Under the pieces are notes generated by a model. That model searched no databases and had not been told where the DNA came from. It worked only from the letters and a program-made list of their open reading frames with translations. A stretch of DNA of 64,000 nt from a virus. Shown one piece after another: positions 16,032 through 25,349 of this stretch. Where the stretch lies: UHGV virus genome UHGV-1351770; one strand, written 5' to 3'. Each line of letters starts with the position of its first letter. Positions within the stretch are counted from its first letter, which is position 1. Made by a program: the position numbers and the translations under genes.

Positions 16032-16137
16032 TGATTTTCCTCTTTCTCACTATTTCAGGAATATTATAGCAAATCTGGTAGCGATTAGCAAGTAAAATTT
16101 CAAAGAAAAAGGAGACCCGAAGATCTCCTTGTTTTTA

Positions 16138-18468
16138 TTAAATAGTACAACCACCGGATGCACAACCGGCTGCTTCTTCTCCAGCACCTCCACCATTTGC
16201 GGTATTGAAGTTAGCATAATACCAAGTTTTCCACCCATACTTAACAGCAGTCATGAAATCACGAACTACTACTGGGCCAGGAATGATTTCATTCTCAAAC
16301 TTGGTGTAGTCATAGTACATATTCGTACTGATAGACTGGCTGAAGAATTTCTGCATAGTTGCTACCCACTTGATCCACTCGATACGATCTACATCATAAG
16401 CCAGTTTATAGCTCATTAACGTTTCCCAATCGGTTGCACCTGGAGCAATTGCAATTACTTTATTAACTGCACTACCCTTGATAGATACAATCTTACGGGG
16501 TGGTTCGATAGAGTTAGTAACACCTAACAGAACGGAAGAACTTTCTCCCGGCATCTGAGCAGTCAGAACAGAGTTACGCATACCATATTTCAAAATATCT
16601 GCACGCAGAGACTCCCAATCTATTTCTAGACCTACGGATACCAGTTCATCAACAGTTTTCTTGTACGTGTCGATTACCAGAATTCCTTTAGATGGTTTAG
16701 TACGATCAAACCACTCACATGCACCCTGTTCTTTAGCTAGGCGTACAGAGGCTTTATGCAGGAAGTAAGACAGTTTTTCAGCCTCACGGTGAATCCAGTT
16801 ACGGGCTTCAATACCTTCGTAAGCCAGACCTTCTGCTGCCATTGCACCTGCTGCGTTCATCAGGCCAATACCAACATTACGACGTTTCTTAGCCGTATAT
16901 TCCATAGTTGGGAACGGATAATCCTGAATTTCAATAATTGTATCAACGAATTTCAGAAGGATGTAGCAAGTTTTTTCCCACTCAGCCAGAGATTCCATGC
17001 GTCCAAGTACAACACCCCCGAGGTTACACAGAGATACTTCACCAATATCCTCCGGCTTCATTTGATCAAGCTGCTCTTTTGTCTTATACAGCTCTGTGAT
17101 ATGATGGAACGGGCGAGTAGGCTGAGTAATTTCAACACAAAGGTTTGTCATACGGATCGGATCAAGGAAGTTACCGTGACGGTTAGATTCCCCAATGTGA
17201 TGAGCATACATACGTCCTGTTTCCATTCGGATACGTAGCCAAGTATCTAGGATTTCTTTTGCAGAGACTTTAGGAGCTGCAGGAACAGTTTTTCCTTCGT
17301 GGTCGATCTTTGTAAGAGATGCCACACGTTTCTCCGCTGCCACGTAGATTTCTTCAAATTTAGCCTCGTCATCACTATAAAACGCTTCATGAACTTCTGG
17401 AGCATAGAAGTATGACATTAGCGTAATATCTTCGTTTTTAAGATAACGTTTTAACAAAAGATTGTTAAAGCTCAGAGAATAATCCATCTTATCGATTTTA
17501 TTCTCGTCTGTAGCACGTTGTTGCTTAACCTGCATCAATTGAATGATTTCAGGGTCGAAGTACGGATAAGACACTGTGGCAGAACCACCACGAGTTTGCT
17601 GAGTATTGGCCTTTACTGAGCGGTCAATGTGTCGATAATATGGCAGTTTTCCGGAATGCGGGAATGCCCCATTTCGCACCGGATCAGCAATTGATCGGCT
17701 TTCAAGATGATACCCGATTCCCGCTCTGGCTGCGACCATTTTGAAGACGATGTGCTCGGCGGTGTCGATTGAATCCAACGTGTCAGTGGAATCCACGAGG
17801 CAGCAACTAGCAAATCCACGGTCACTAGAGCGCAGACCAACCAGTGGCGGCGTAGGAACGTTGATTTTGTGGAGTGACATTGCGTTGTAGAGGTCGATTG
17901 CATCTAGAATTGTCCAGTTAGGTTGAGATAACATCGCCATTGCCATACCCATATAGGCAAACTGCGGAGTTTCATAAATTTCACCAGTGGCTATATTACG
18001 ACGGGAATACTTATCAAAGAACTGCTTCAGCCCACCACTAGTAAAAAGACGGTCACGATCATGGTCGATAACCTGATTCAGAGCTTCAAATTGCTCATCG
18101 GTAATCCATGCACTCATGTCTTCCCATGCACCTACGCTAACCATATGGTCATGGAAGAAGCGCAGAGAAGGCGGTTCGAAGGAATCATAGAGGCGTTTAC
18201 GCATTTGCGCAAGACGTAATTCCTTTGCTGGCACATCATATGCTGGATTATCTTTGATAAGACTTTCAGCAGCTTTAATTAATGCATCCATCAGAGTGTC
18301 GGAATCTACAACCCCTTTAGGCAGAGTTTTTTGAGCAGCCATAGTAATGGCTGACCAACTTACATCAACTGTTTTGCAACCATACTCCGCCCAACCATTG
18401 AGTTTTTCAGGAGCAAAGTCTTCTACAGTACCGTCACGTTTAATTACTTTTTCAATGCGATGGCTCAT
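16138..18468 (-). CDS. nrdA: Ribonucleotide reductase large subunit (class Ia alpha); start MSHRIEKVIKRDG at 18468
   Basis: ATP-cone VIKRDGTVEDF. C-terminal Cys pair tail. AAGGAAAG SD before the ATG at 18468. The ORF-track extension is 5' UTR. Confidence 0.9.
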   Translation of the reverse strand: MSHRIEKVIKRDGTVEDFAPEKLNGWAEYGCKTVDVSWSAITMAAQKTLPKGVVDSDTLMDALIKAAESLIKDNPAYDVPAKELRLAQMRKRLYDSFEPPSLRFFHDHMVSVGAWEDMSAWITDEQFEALNQVIDHDRDRLFTSGGLKQFFDKYSRRNIATGEIYETPQFAYMGMAMAMLSQPNWTILDAIDLYNAMSLHKINVPTPPLVGLRSSDRGFASCCLVDSTDTLDSIDTAEHIVFKMVAARAGIGYHLESRSIADPVRNGAFPHSGKLPYYRHIDRSVKANTQQTRGGSATVSYPYFDPEIIQLMQVKQQRATDENKIDKMDYSLSFNNLLLKRYLKNEDITLMSYFYAPEVHEAFYSDDEAKFEEIYVAAEKRVASLTKIDHEGKTVPAAPKVSAKEILDTWLRIRMETGRMYAHHIGESNRHGNFLDPIRMTNLCVEITQPTRPFHHITELYKTKEQLDQMKPEDIGEVSLCNLGGVVLGRMESLAEWEKTCYILLKFVDTIIEIQDYPFPTMEYTAKKRRNVGIGLMNAAGAMAAEGLAYEGIEARNWIHREAEKLSYFLHKASVRLAKEQGACEWFDRTKPSKGILVIDTYKKTVDELVSVGLEIDWESLRADILKYGMRNSVLTAQMPGESSSVLLGVTNSIEPPRKIVSIKGSAVNKVIAIAPGATDWETLMSYKLAYDVDRIEWIKWVATMQKFFSQSISTNMYYDYTKFENEIIPGPVVVRDFMTAVKYGWKTWYYANFNTANGGGAGEEAAGCASGGCTI

Positions 18469-18610
18469 TTGGCTTTCCTTTTTATAGTTATCAGGATTTA
18501 AGGAATATTCTACTTTATTATCGGTCATTAGGCAAATAAAATTTTCTGATAGAAAAGGCCCGAGTATTTTCATACCCAGGCCCTGTATATTACCAGTCTA
18601 GCTTTTTAGC

Positions 18611-18832
18611 TTATTCAATTACTTTAGCTCTAGCTACTTCTTTTAATAGAATATCTATGGAGGTGCTCAGCTCGTTATAATTGAATGGTTTATTTGGATT
18701 TGAGGTTACAATTTTCCACGCTAGGGTTGTCTTAGGACTTTCTTCCCCTTCCTTACGTGTAATCATATTAGCAGCACTCAGTGAAGTACGATGTATTTTA
18801 GTTTTACGGCTCAGATGAACGACGTTTCCCAT
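18611..18832 (-). CDS. Hypothetical protein (73 aa), start MGNVVHL immediately after the phoH stop
   Basis: ATG at 18832, one nt after the phoH TAA. Confidence 0.4.
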   Translation of the reverse strand: MGNVVHLSRKTKIHRTSLSAANMITRKEGEESPKTTLAWKIVTSNPNKPFNYNELSTSIDILLKEVARAKVIE

Positions 18833-18833
18833 A

Positions 18834-19595
18834 TTACACCTTCCCCATGTCTTTAAAAATATCATAGAATGCTTTAGACTCAACAGAACGAACGTTATCA
18901 ATCAATTCGATCATTGAGAATGGGGCATTTTCGTATTTCTCATAGACTTCCATAAGGAGTGCTAGACCTGAGTCACCTTTAATGTCTTTCTGAGCTATAT
19001 CTCCGCAGATAATTAAACGGCAGTCTTGTCCTACACGAGTTAGGAGACAAATCATTGCCTCAACGGAAATATTCTGAGCTTCATCGACAATTACATAGGA
19101 GTTGTTGAAAGTTCTGCCACGAGCATGTTCGATAGCCAAAAATTTAATTTTCTGACGTTCGACATATCCCTTATAGGCATGATCGCCGATGGCCCATTTC
19201 ATACCATCAGCTATTGGCTCCAACCAAGGCTCTAGCTTTTCTGCTAGATCACCAGGAAGCATACCAAGAGACTTACCTAGAGGTTCATTAGGACGTACGA
19301 GGATCACTTGCTCAATATCTGAGTGAATGTCTACGAGTTCCTGAGCTGCAAGAACGGACGGAATAAAGGTTTTACCAGTACCTGGCTCACCGATACCCAC
19401 AGTCACTGTGTTGTTCTTGATCATATTGATATATGATTTTTGCTCGCGGTTTTTACCTACTAGGGATTTAGCAACTGGGTTAGCGTAATCATTAGAAAAA
19501 TCAGCCTGAATTACGTTGTTCTCATATTTGTTGCCACGCTTTCTTGAACCATTGCGGTTCTCTCTTTTTTGACGTGCTTTTCCCATAAATAACAC
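18834..19595 (-). CDS. phoH: PhoH-like ATPase
   Basis: Walker A GEPGTGKTF; PhoH family length. Confidence 0.85.
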   Translation of the reverse strand: MLFMGKARQKRENRNGSRKRGNKYENNVIQADFSNDYANPVAKSLVGKNREQKSYINMIKNNTVTVGIGEPGTGKTFIPSVLAAQELVDIHSDIEQVILVRPNEPLGKSLGMLPGDLAEKLEPWLEPIADGMKWAIGDHAYKGYVERQKIKFLAIEHARGRTFNNSYVIVDEAQNISVEAMICLLTRVGQDCRLIICGDIAQKDIKGDSGLALLMEVYEKYENAPFSMIELIDNVRSVESKAFYDIFKDMGKV

Positions 19596-19879
19596 TCCTA
19601 TAGTGTACTTCGCTAACAGAGGATCAACAAAAAGATCTTGTTTATCAACTTACAAATATATTATACCAATATATACAGTAAAAAGCAACTACAATTTTAA
19701 ATAAGCCTATGATATTGCATTTAAATAAAAATTTGCTTGCTTTTAGCGTGAGATGTGTGATACTAGATAATCATTTTATATCGCGTGCACGAGTGCGTGA
19801 TTATACAATTTTTAATAGAGATTGGCAAATAAAATTTTTTGACTCAGATCATGTTACAGAACTTTATAGTAAAATATTG

Positions 19880-19908
19880 TTGACATCCGCCCTCGAATGA
19901 GTTATAAT
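19880..19908 (+). promoter_or_regulatory. Consensus sigma70 promoter TTGACA-17-TATAAT for nrdD
   Basis: Perfect hexamers and spacer. AAGGAG SD follows. Confidence 0.75.
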
Positions 19909-19937
19909 AGTAGTCTTAGTTAGAGAAGGAGAGTGTA

Positions 19938-21812
19938 ATGAATCGTAATGAAGAACTAAAATATAAAGAAATGCAGGCGTTAATTAGAAACTGCAAAGAG
20001 ATTATCGAAGGGTCAGCAGATGAAGAGCTGCTGTTTAATAATGCTAATAAACCCTCAGAACGTTTCCCTACACAAAGGGATATGCTTGCAGGTGAATTGA
20101 GTAAGTATCTGATTCTAGAAGAAATGCCAATTCAGATTCGAAATGCTCATATGATTGGGGATATTCATTTCCATGATGCTGATTATGCTGCATTAGGCAT
20201 GACTAACTGTTGTCTGGTAGCTCTGGAAGATATGTTGAAGAATGGTATGAAGGTTGGTAATGCTGAAATTAGCACTCCAAACTCTATCACTACTGCGGCG
20301 GCTATTACTGCCCAGATTATCACTCAGGTTAGCTCCCATCAGTATGGTGGTACTTCTGTAGATCGCCTTGATGAAGTATTAGCCCCTTATGTTCGTAAAT
20401 CCTATGACAAAAATCATGCGTTTGCAAAACGTTGGACTAAGGATGAAGCCAAAGCATCAGTAATGGCTACGGAGATGACTGAAAAGGAAGTCTATGATGC
20501 CTGTCAGGGTCTGGAGTATGAAATCAATACGATGTTCAACTCTAATGGTCAGAGTCCATTTATTACCTTTGGTTTTGGTCTAGGAACTTCTTGGGAAGCA
20601 CGTCTAGTACAGAAAGCAATACTGAAAGTACGCATGGATGGTTTAGGTATCAATAAACGTACAGCTATCTTCCCTAAACTAGTATTTGTACTTCGTGATG
20701 GCGTAAATATGAAGCCAGGAGATGTTAATTATGACATCAAGAAGTTAGCTATGAAATGTACTGCTGAACGTATGTATCCAGATTATATCAGCTATGATAA
20801 GGTTGTGGAAGTTACTGGAGACTATAAAGTTTCTATGGGCTGCCGTTCATTCCTAGCTGCTACAGAAGATGGTGAAACTGCCGGTCGTAATAACTTAGGT
20901 GTTGTTTCTGTAAACTTGCCTAGAATTGCTATCGAAGCTGAAGGAAATATTGACCTATTCTTTGATTTGCTTGAGCTACGTGTAGATACAGCATTAAAAG
21001 CGTTGGAGTGGAGAGTTGATCGCTTAAAATACATTCAAGCTAAAGCTGCACCCATCCTCTATATGTCAGGAGCCTTTGGGTTGCGCTTGGAGCCTGATGA
21101 ATATGTATTCGATCATTTCTATAACCGTGCTTCTGTATCTCTAGGGTATATTGGCTGCCATGAAATGCTACAGTTCATGTTTGGCAAAGATGTAGACACA
21201 ATGTCCGAGACCTGCATCAAGTTTGTTCAGCGTGTATTGCAGTACATGCGGGATAGGGTCGATCAGAAGAAGGAAGAAACTAAATTAGGTTATAGCCTGT
21301 ATGCTACACCATCAGAATCCCTATGTGACCGTTTTTGTCGTCTAGACCGTGAATATTTCCCGGAGTATGAAGATATTCTGTCTAAAGGATACTACACTAA
21401 CTCTCACCACCTTGATGTGGAACGTAAAGTTGCTCCTAACGTGAAATTTGATTATGAGTCTAACTTTACTCCGATTGCTTCTGGTGGGTGTATTTCCTAC
21501 GTAGAATTACCGGATATGAAACGATTCCCAGATGCACTGGAATGGGTTATTAATTATGCTGCTAGTAAGGTTCATTACTTCGGTATTAATACCCCAGTGG
21601 ATTCTTGTGGTAAATGTGGATTCTTAGGTGAAACAATAGCATCCGAAGATGGATTTAAGTGCCCTATCTGTGGTAATCATGACCCCGAAACTCTTGAAGT
21701 AACTCGTCGAGTTTGTGGGTATCTTGGAAATCCTGGTGCTCGTCCATTTAACCCCGGCAAACAGCACGAGGTGATGGGCAGAGTGAAACATCAGGATATT
21801 CGAGCTAAATAA
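19938..21812 (+). CDS. nrdD: Anaerobic ribonucleoside-triphosphate reductase (class III)
   Basis: C-terminal Cys cluster CGKCGF...CPICG and the glycyl-radical motif RVCGY. Confidence 0.9.
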   Translation: MNRNEELKYKEMQALIRNCKEIIEGSADEELLFNNANKPSERFPTQRDMLAGELSKYLILEEMPIQIRNAHMIGDIHFHDADYAALGMTNCCLVALEDMLKNGMKVGNAEISTPNSITTAAAITAQIITQVSSHQYGGTSVDRLDEVLAPYVRKSYDKNHAFAKRWTKDEAKASVMATEMTEKEVYDACQGLEYEINTMFNSNGQSPFITFGFGLGTSWEARLVQKAILKVRMDGLGINKRTAIFPKLVFVLRDGVNMKPGDVNYDIKKLAMKCTAERMYPDYISYDKVVEVTGDYKVSMGCRSFLAATEDGETAGRNNLGVVSVNLPRIAIEAEGNIDLFFDLLELRVDTALKALEWRVDRLKYIQAKAAPILYMSGAFGLRLEPDEYVFDHFYNRASVSLGYIGCHEMLQFMFGKDVDTMSETCIKFVQRVLQYMRDRVDQKKEETKLGYSLYATPSESLCDRFCRLDREYFPEYEDILSKGYYTNSHHLDVERKVAPNVKFDYESNFTPIASGGCISYVELPDMKRFPDALEWVINYAASKVHYFGINTPVDSCGKCGFLGETIASEDGFKCPICGNHDPETLEVTRRVCGYLGNPGARPFNPGKQHEVMGRVKHQDIRAK

Positions 21813-21818
21813 GCCAAT

Positions 21819-21856
21819 CAGCCGGGTTGCTAGTCGACCTGGCTTTTATTTTATTT
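21819..21856 (+). terminator. Terminator after nrdD
   Basis: gccgggt...acctggc stem followed by ttttattttattt. Confidence 0.6.
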
Positions 21857-21911
21857 GCTTTCAGCCAAAAATTTATATATAATAGATTTATAAATTTGAG
21901 AGGAGAAAGCT

Positions 21912-22193
21912 ATGAGCGAATTGCTTCCTAAAATAGATGTCTCCCATCTTGGAGAGCCTAGTGAAGAACGTAAGGCTCTAGATTGGTTGGGCGGATTTGA
22001 TTATCGTCGTGTTGTTGCAACATGGAATGATAAGAAAGTTAAGAAGTTTCGGGTACATTATGTAGGTAAAGACAAGTGGCTCTGGATTGATTATGAAGAA
22101 TCGAATGGGTATACTAAGGCTGTGAAAATTTATCGCATGTATGGGTATTATTACGCTCACTGTGATAAGAATGAATTTACAGTACAGAACTAA
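21912..22193 (+). CDS. Hypothetical protein (93 aa)
   Basis: TTGCTT-17-TATAAT promoter plus conserved leader GAGAGGAG upstream. Confidence 0.5.
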   Translation: MSELLPKIDVSHLGEPSEERKALDWLGGFDYRRVVATWNDKKVKKFRVHYVGKDKWLWIDYEESNGYTKAVKIYRMYGYYYAHCDKNEFTVQN

Positions 22194-22202
22194 GGAACAA
22201 GA

Positions 22203-22406
22203 ATGAAAAACGTAAAACATCTTAAATATCGCTTAATTTACAACGGACGTATGGAAACAGAAGACCTGGCCCAATTAGCTATTAATTCTAATGAGGTTAC
22301 AGTGCGTGCGCTGGCAATTGAAAAGTTGCGTGCCTCTTATGAAAATCGTGTTATGGAACTAGAGGAGAAACTTTATGGCATTCTCGAAGCCGATGCTACC
22401 AGATAA
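22203..22406 (+). CDS. Hypothetical protein (67 aa)
   Basis: AAGGAA SD; operon member. Confidence 0.45.
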   Translation: MKNVKHLKYRLIYNGRMETEDLAQLAINSNEVTVRALAIEKLRASYENRVMELEEKLYGILEADATR

Positions 22407-22596
22407 GGGTTTAAACTCCGCTTTGGAAAACGCATTAATGCAGCACTGGGAAACTGGCTATAAGGATGGTGTTGAATCCTGCGCTACTATGCTAGAAGTT
22501 ATTGCTAATACCTTAATGGAGAAAGGTAACAAAGAATTAGCTGAGCTGTTAGACAGTATTGGGCAAAACTTTAGAGAACAGGTGAAAAATGCGTAG
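22375..22596 (+). CDS. Hypothetical protein (73 aa)
   Basis: Overlaps its neighbours; operon member. Confidence 0.4.
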   Translation: MAFSKPMLPDKGLNSALENALMQHWETGYKDGVESCATMLEVIANTLMEKGNKELAELLDSIGQNFREQVKNA

Positions 22597-23404
22597 ATTA
22601 ATTATTATTAGCGGTGCAGGTTTGAGTGTTGAAAGTGGTGTACGAGCCTTCCGTACTGATACTACTAGTGGTAAAGCATTATGGGATGATTATGATCTAG
22701 AAGAAGTATGTAATATTCATGCCTTTCGTGGTAATTTTTATCATAAAACCCATATGTTTTACAACAAGCGTCGTGAAGAGCTAAAAACTGTTGAACCCAA
22801 TCTTGCGCATTTGCGTATTGGTGAATGGTATAAACAATACCCTGGTCAAGTAGTAAACTTGACCACCAACGTAGATGACCTTATTGAGCGTGCTGGCGTT
22901 CCACATAATGACATTCTGCACATTCACGGATATTTAAAAGAGGTTGTTGTAGCTGATAGCTACAATAGTAGCAATAAACGGATTATTGACGTAGGATACA
23001 ATTCTATTGATCCAGATGATTATAAATGGGTTAAACCTAATGTAATCTTCTTTGGAGAGCATGCTCCTGCATATGCAGAAATGTACAATGTTTTTGATGG
23101 TATTACCAGTCAGGATATGATCGTTGTGGTTGGTTGCTCTAACCAAGTAATTAACTTCTACTGGGAATTATTTCCTGTTCTTAATTTGACTGCTGCCAAG
23201 CTAATGATTGTTAACTACTATGATAGTGCACTAGCGGAGGAACCGGGCTATCAAGGTATGACTCGTAGTGAGATGTACCAGCTGGAAGAACGCGGTATCC
23301 CTTACTGGAGTAAAGGTGCGGTAGATGCTTTCAGTGATCCTGATTTTATTGCTCGTGTAGAAGCTCATTTAGGGGGTAGACCTTATGTGTCAGGAAATAA
23401 GTAA
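22589..23404 (+). CDS. Sir2-family (sirtuin-like) NAD-binding protein lacking the Zn-ribbon Cys tetrad
   Basis: GAGLSVESGVRAFR, TTNVDDLIERAG, HIHG (catalytic His), NVIFFGE. Confidence 0.7.
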   Translation: MRRLIIISGAGLSVESGVRAFRTDTTSGKALWDDYDLEEVCNIHAFRGNFYHKTHMFYNKRREELKTVEPNLAHLRIGEWYKQYPGQVVNLTTNVDDLIERAGVPHNDILHIHGYLKEVVVADSYNSSNKRIIDVGYNSIDPDDYKWVKPNVIFFGEHAPAYAEMYNVFDGITSQDMIVVVGCSNQVINFYWELFPVLNLTAAKLMIVNYYDSALAEEPGYQGMTRSEMYQLEERGIPYWSKGAVDAFSDPDFIARVEAHLGGRPYVSGNK

Positions 23405-23897
23405 TACTCCAATTATTTTTCTAGACATTGATGGGGTGCTCAATTCGAGCATCTCCCACCATCATGCACCTGATGATGAAAAGATTTTCTTTGGAAGTGA
23501 CTGGGTTTTCAAACCGCTTCTCAAGGCTTTTCAGGACTTTATTCGTCCTTCTCCGATAATGATTGTTGGAGTATCATCTTGGTTCTCTGTCAGGAATGAG
23601 ATGGAGAACGTTCAGATTATGACCAGATTAGGTCTTATCGATCGTTTTCTTGGTACAACGGATTTTACTGGTGGTGGATTATCTAGGGGTAATTCTGTTC
23701 TTCGCTTCGTTGAAAAGCATAAGCTCAAACATTGGTGTGTGCTGGATGATGCCGGTGCTATGATGTATCAGTATCCAACGGTTATAGTCAATGGTAGGAC
23801 TGGGATAAATCTTCAAGATTTAAAAGCTGTTAGCTATATGCTAGAATTTAGTCCAGATCTTGAAATGTGTAAATCCTTGCAACAATTTAAGGTGTAA
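23385..23897 (+). CDS. HAD-superfamily phosphatase-like protein
   Basis: Motif I IIFLDIDGVLN; downstream Asp-containing motifs. Overlaps the Sir2-like gene. Confidence 0.55.
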   Translation: MCQEISNTPIIFLDIDGVLNSSISHHHAPDDEKIFFGSDWVFKPLLKAFQDFIRPSPIMIVGVSSWFSVRNEMENVQIMTRLGLIDRFLGTTDFTGGGLSRGNSVLRFVEKHKLKHWCVLDDAGAMMYQYPTVIVNGRTGINLQDLKAVSYMLEFSPDLEMCKSLQQFKV

Positions 23898-23899
23898 AT

Positions 23900-24328
23900 A
23901 TGTTCAATAATGTATTCTCTAAAGAAGCTAACCCAATTTTGGTTAACTTTTGGCGTACTCTCCCAGCTAGCCTGTATAATGAGGTTATTAACTCTTTGAA
24001 AATATGGTGTGAGAATAACGAAATCTCCTTTGCTTTTAAAGATGATATTGATGAGGCTCCCTGTATTGGTTTAATTGTGCAGGTAGAGGAGGGTCTTGAA
24101 GAGATTGTCGGCTGGAAAGAGTTAGATGAAATGGGCTTAGTTTTTGCGTTAAACTATAAGCTGTTTATGCCTGCTAAGCATCGCCTCGTTGTTAATTATA
24201 AAACTAGTGAATCTCCTGGTTTTCAGGTTAATGAACGTTATGGTTGGTCTTACTCACCGGAAGAAGTAAATGAGGGGATTCAGAAACTTCGCCGTTTTGG
24301 TTATCAAATTCCGGGTTTAACTGCCTAA
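23900..24328 (+). CDS. Hypothetical protein (142 aa), paralog of the next gene
   Basis: Shares PCIG, EL..MGL..ALN and IPGL blocks with 24338-24727. Confidence 0.5.
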   Translation: MFNNVFSKEANPILVNFWRTLPASLYNEVINSLKIWCENNEISFAFKDDIDEAPCIGLIVQVEEGLEEIVGWKELDEMGLVFALNYKLFMPAKHRLVVNYKTSESPGFQVNERYGWSYSPEEVNEGIQKLRRFGYQIPGLTA

Positions 24329-24337
24329 GGGGGCATA

Positions 24338-24727
24338 ATGGAACAAGTATATTGGCGTCAGATTGACCCTAGTTTGGTGAAACGTGCGGAGAAGCTGCTA
24401 CAACGTTGGTTGGGGGTAAGACAAGCCTCCTTCACTTTTCCTGAGCAGCAAACGGATGATCCATGTATTGGCGTTTTCCTGTCTGGATATGCCGAGGAAT
24501 GGGAGATGGATTGGAATGAATTGTCCGCTATGGGTTTAATTGTTGCCCTAAACTTCTCTATATTCCATCCACGTGGTTTGGCCATATGTCGTGTGCCGGA
24601 TGATGGTTGTTCGCCCCATCTTTTACAGGTGGAAGATGATATTTGGGAGTACACTCCAGATATTCTCAAAGAAGCTAAAGAACAGTTAAACCGTGTTGGG
24701 ATCTATGTTCCGGGATTAAATGACTAA
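24338..24727 (+). CDS. Hypothetical protein (129 aa), paralog of the previous gene
   Basis: Same conserved blocks. Followed by a terminator at 24752-24780. Confidence 0.5.
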   Translation: MEQVYWRQIDPSLVKRAEKLLQRWLGVRQASFTFPEQQTDDPCIGVFLSGYAEEWEMDWNELSAMGLIVALNFSIFHPRGLAICRVPDDGCSPHLLQVEDDIWEYTPDILKEAKEQLNRVGIYVPGLND

Positions 24728-24751
24728 TGATTTTTATTAGCTGAACTCTGA

Positions 24752-24780
24752 TTACCGAGTCATTTTGGCTCGGTTTTATC
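24752..24780 (+). terminator. Terminator after the Sir2-like/HAD-like operon
   Basis: accgag-tcattttgg-ctcggt followed by tttt. Confidence 0.6.
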
Positions 24781-25349
24781 CGTACTCAAGACCAATGATA
24801 GCACCATCCGGAAAATTTTACTTGCAGGATGCTCAAAATCTTGATATAATATTTATATTGAATTGAGAGACATTAGTAAAAATTGATTTTGCTAATTTTT
24901 CTTGTTTACAATCCGCGATACGGAACAGTTAGGCTGCCCCATTAAGGGTTGTTTTAACTGTTACGTGTTAGTTTTTAAACAAATAGTTAATAGAATACTT
25001 AGCGATCTGCGTCCCGTAGGAACCCTGGTAAGGCCTCGAAGCAACCTAGATAGAGGTGGTTGTGAAGTGAGACGGGAGGAGTGAAAAACTCCGAGACGTG
25101 ATTCTGTAAGTTATACTGCATCTAGTATGAGCTAGTATATGAAGCATTAGGTGAGCAAATCTGGCTTAGCGGCCATCCTCAAGGATTTGTGCGGTATAGC
25201 AAAGCAGCAGCGCAGCGTGAAAGTGGAAGTTGCCACCCCACTTCAGTATTTGCGATTAATTTGTTGAGAAATTGACAGTAACAGTTGTTCTATTCTTTCT
25301 GAATAGTCCTAAAGAAAACTTATTTCATTTCCAACACAGGAGTATTGTT

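Noticed and set aside
19709-19900. 63-aa plus ORF in the phoH/nrdD divergent control region
   Set aside because: It overlaps the -35/-10 of the nrdD promoter and is AT-rich promoter sequence.
19938-24727. An nrdG activase immediately downstream of nrdD
   Set aside because: None of the downstream ORFs has the CxxxCxxC radical-SAM motif, so nrdG appears absent from this window.
24902-25084. 60-aa ORF inside the long leader upstream of the primase-helicase gene
   Set aside because: No SD. Arbitrary composition. The region shows RNA-like hairpins instead.
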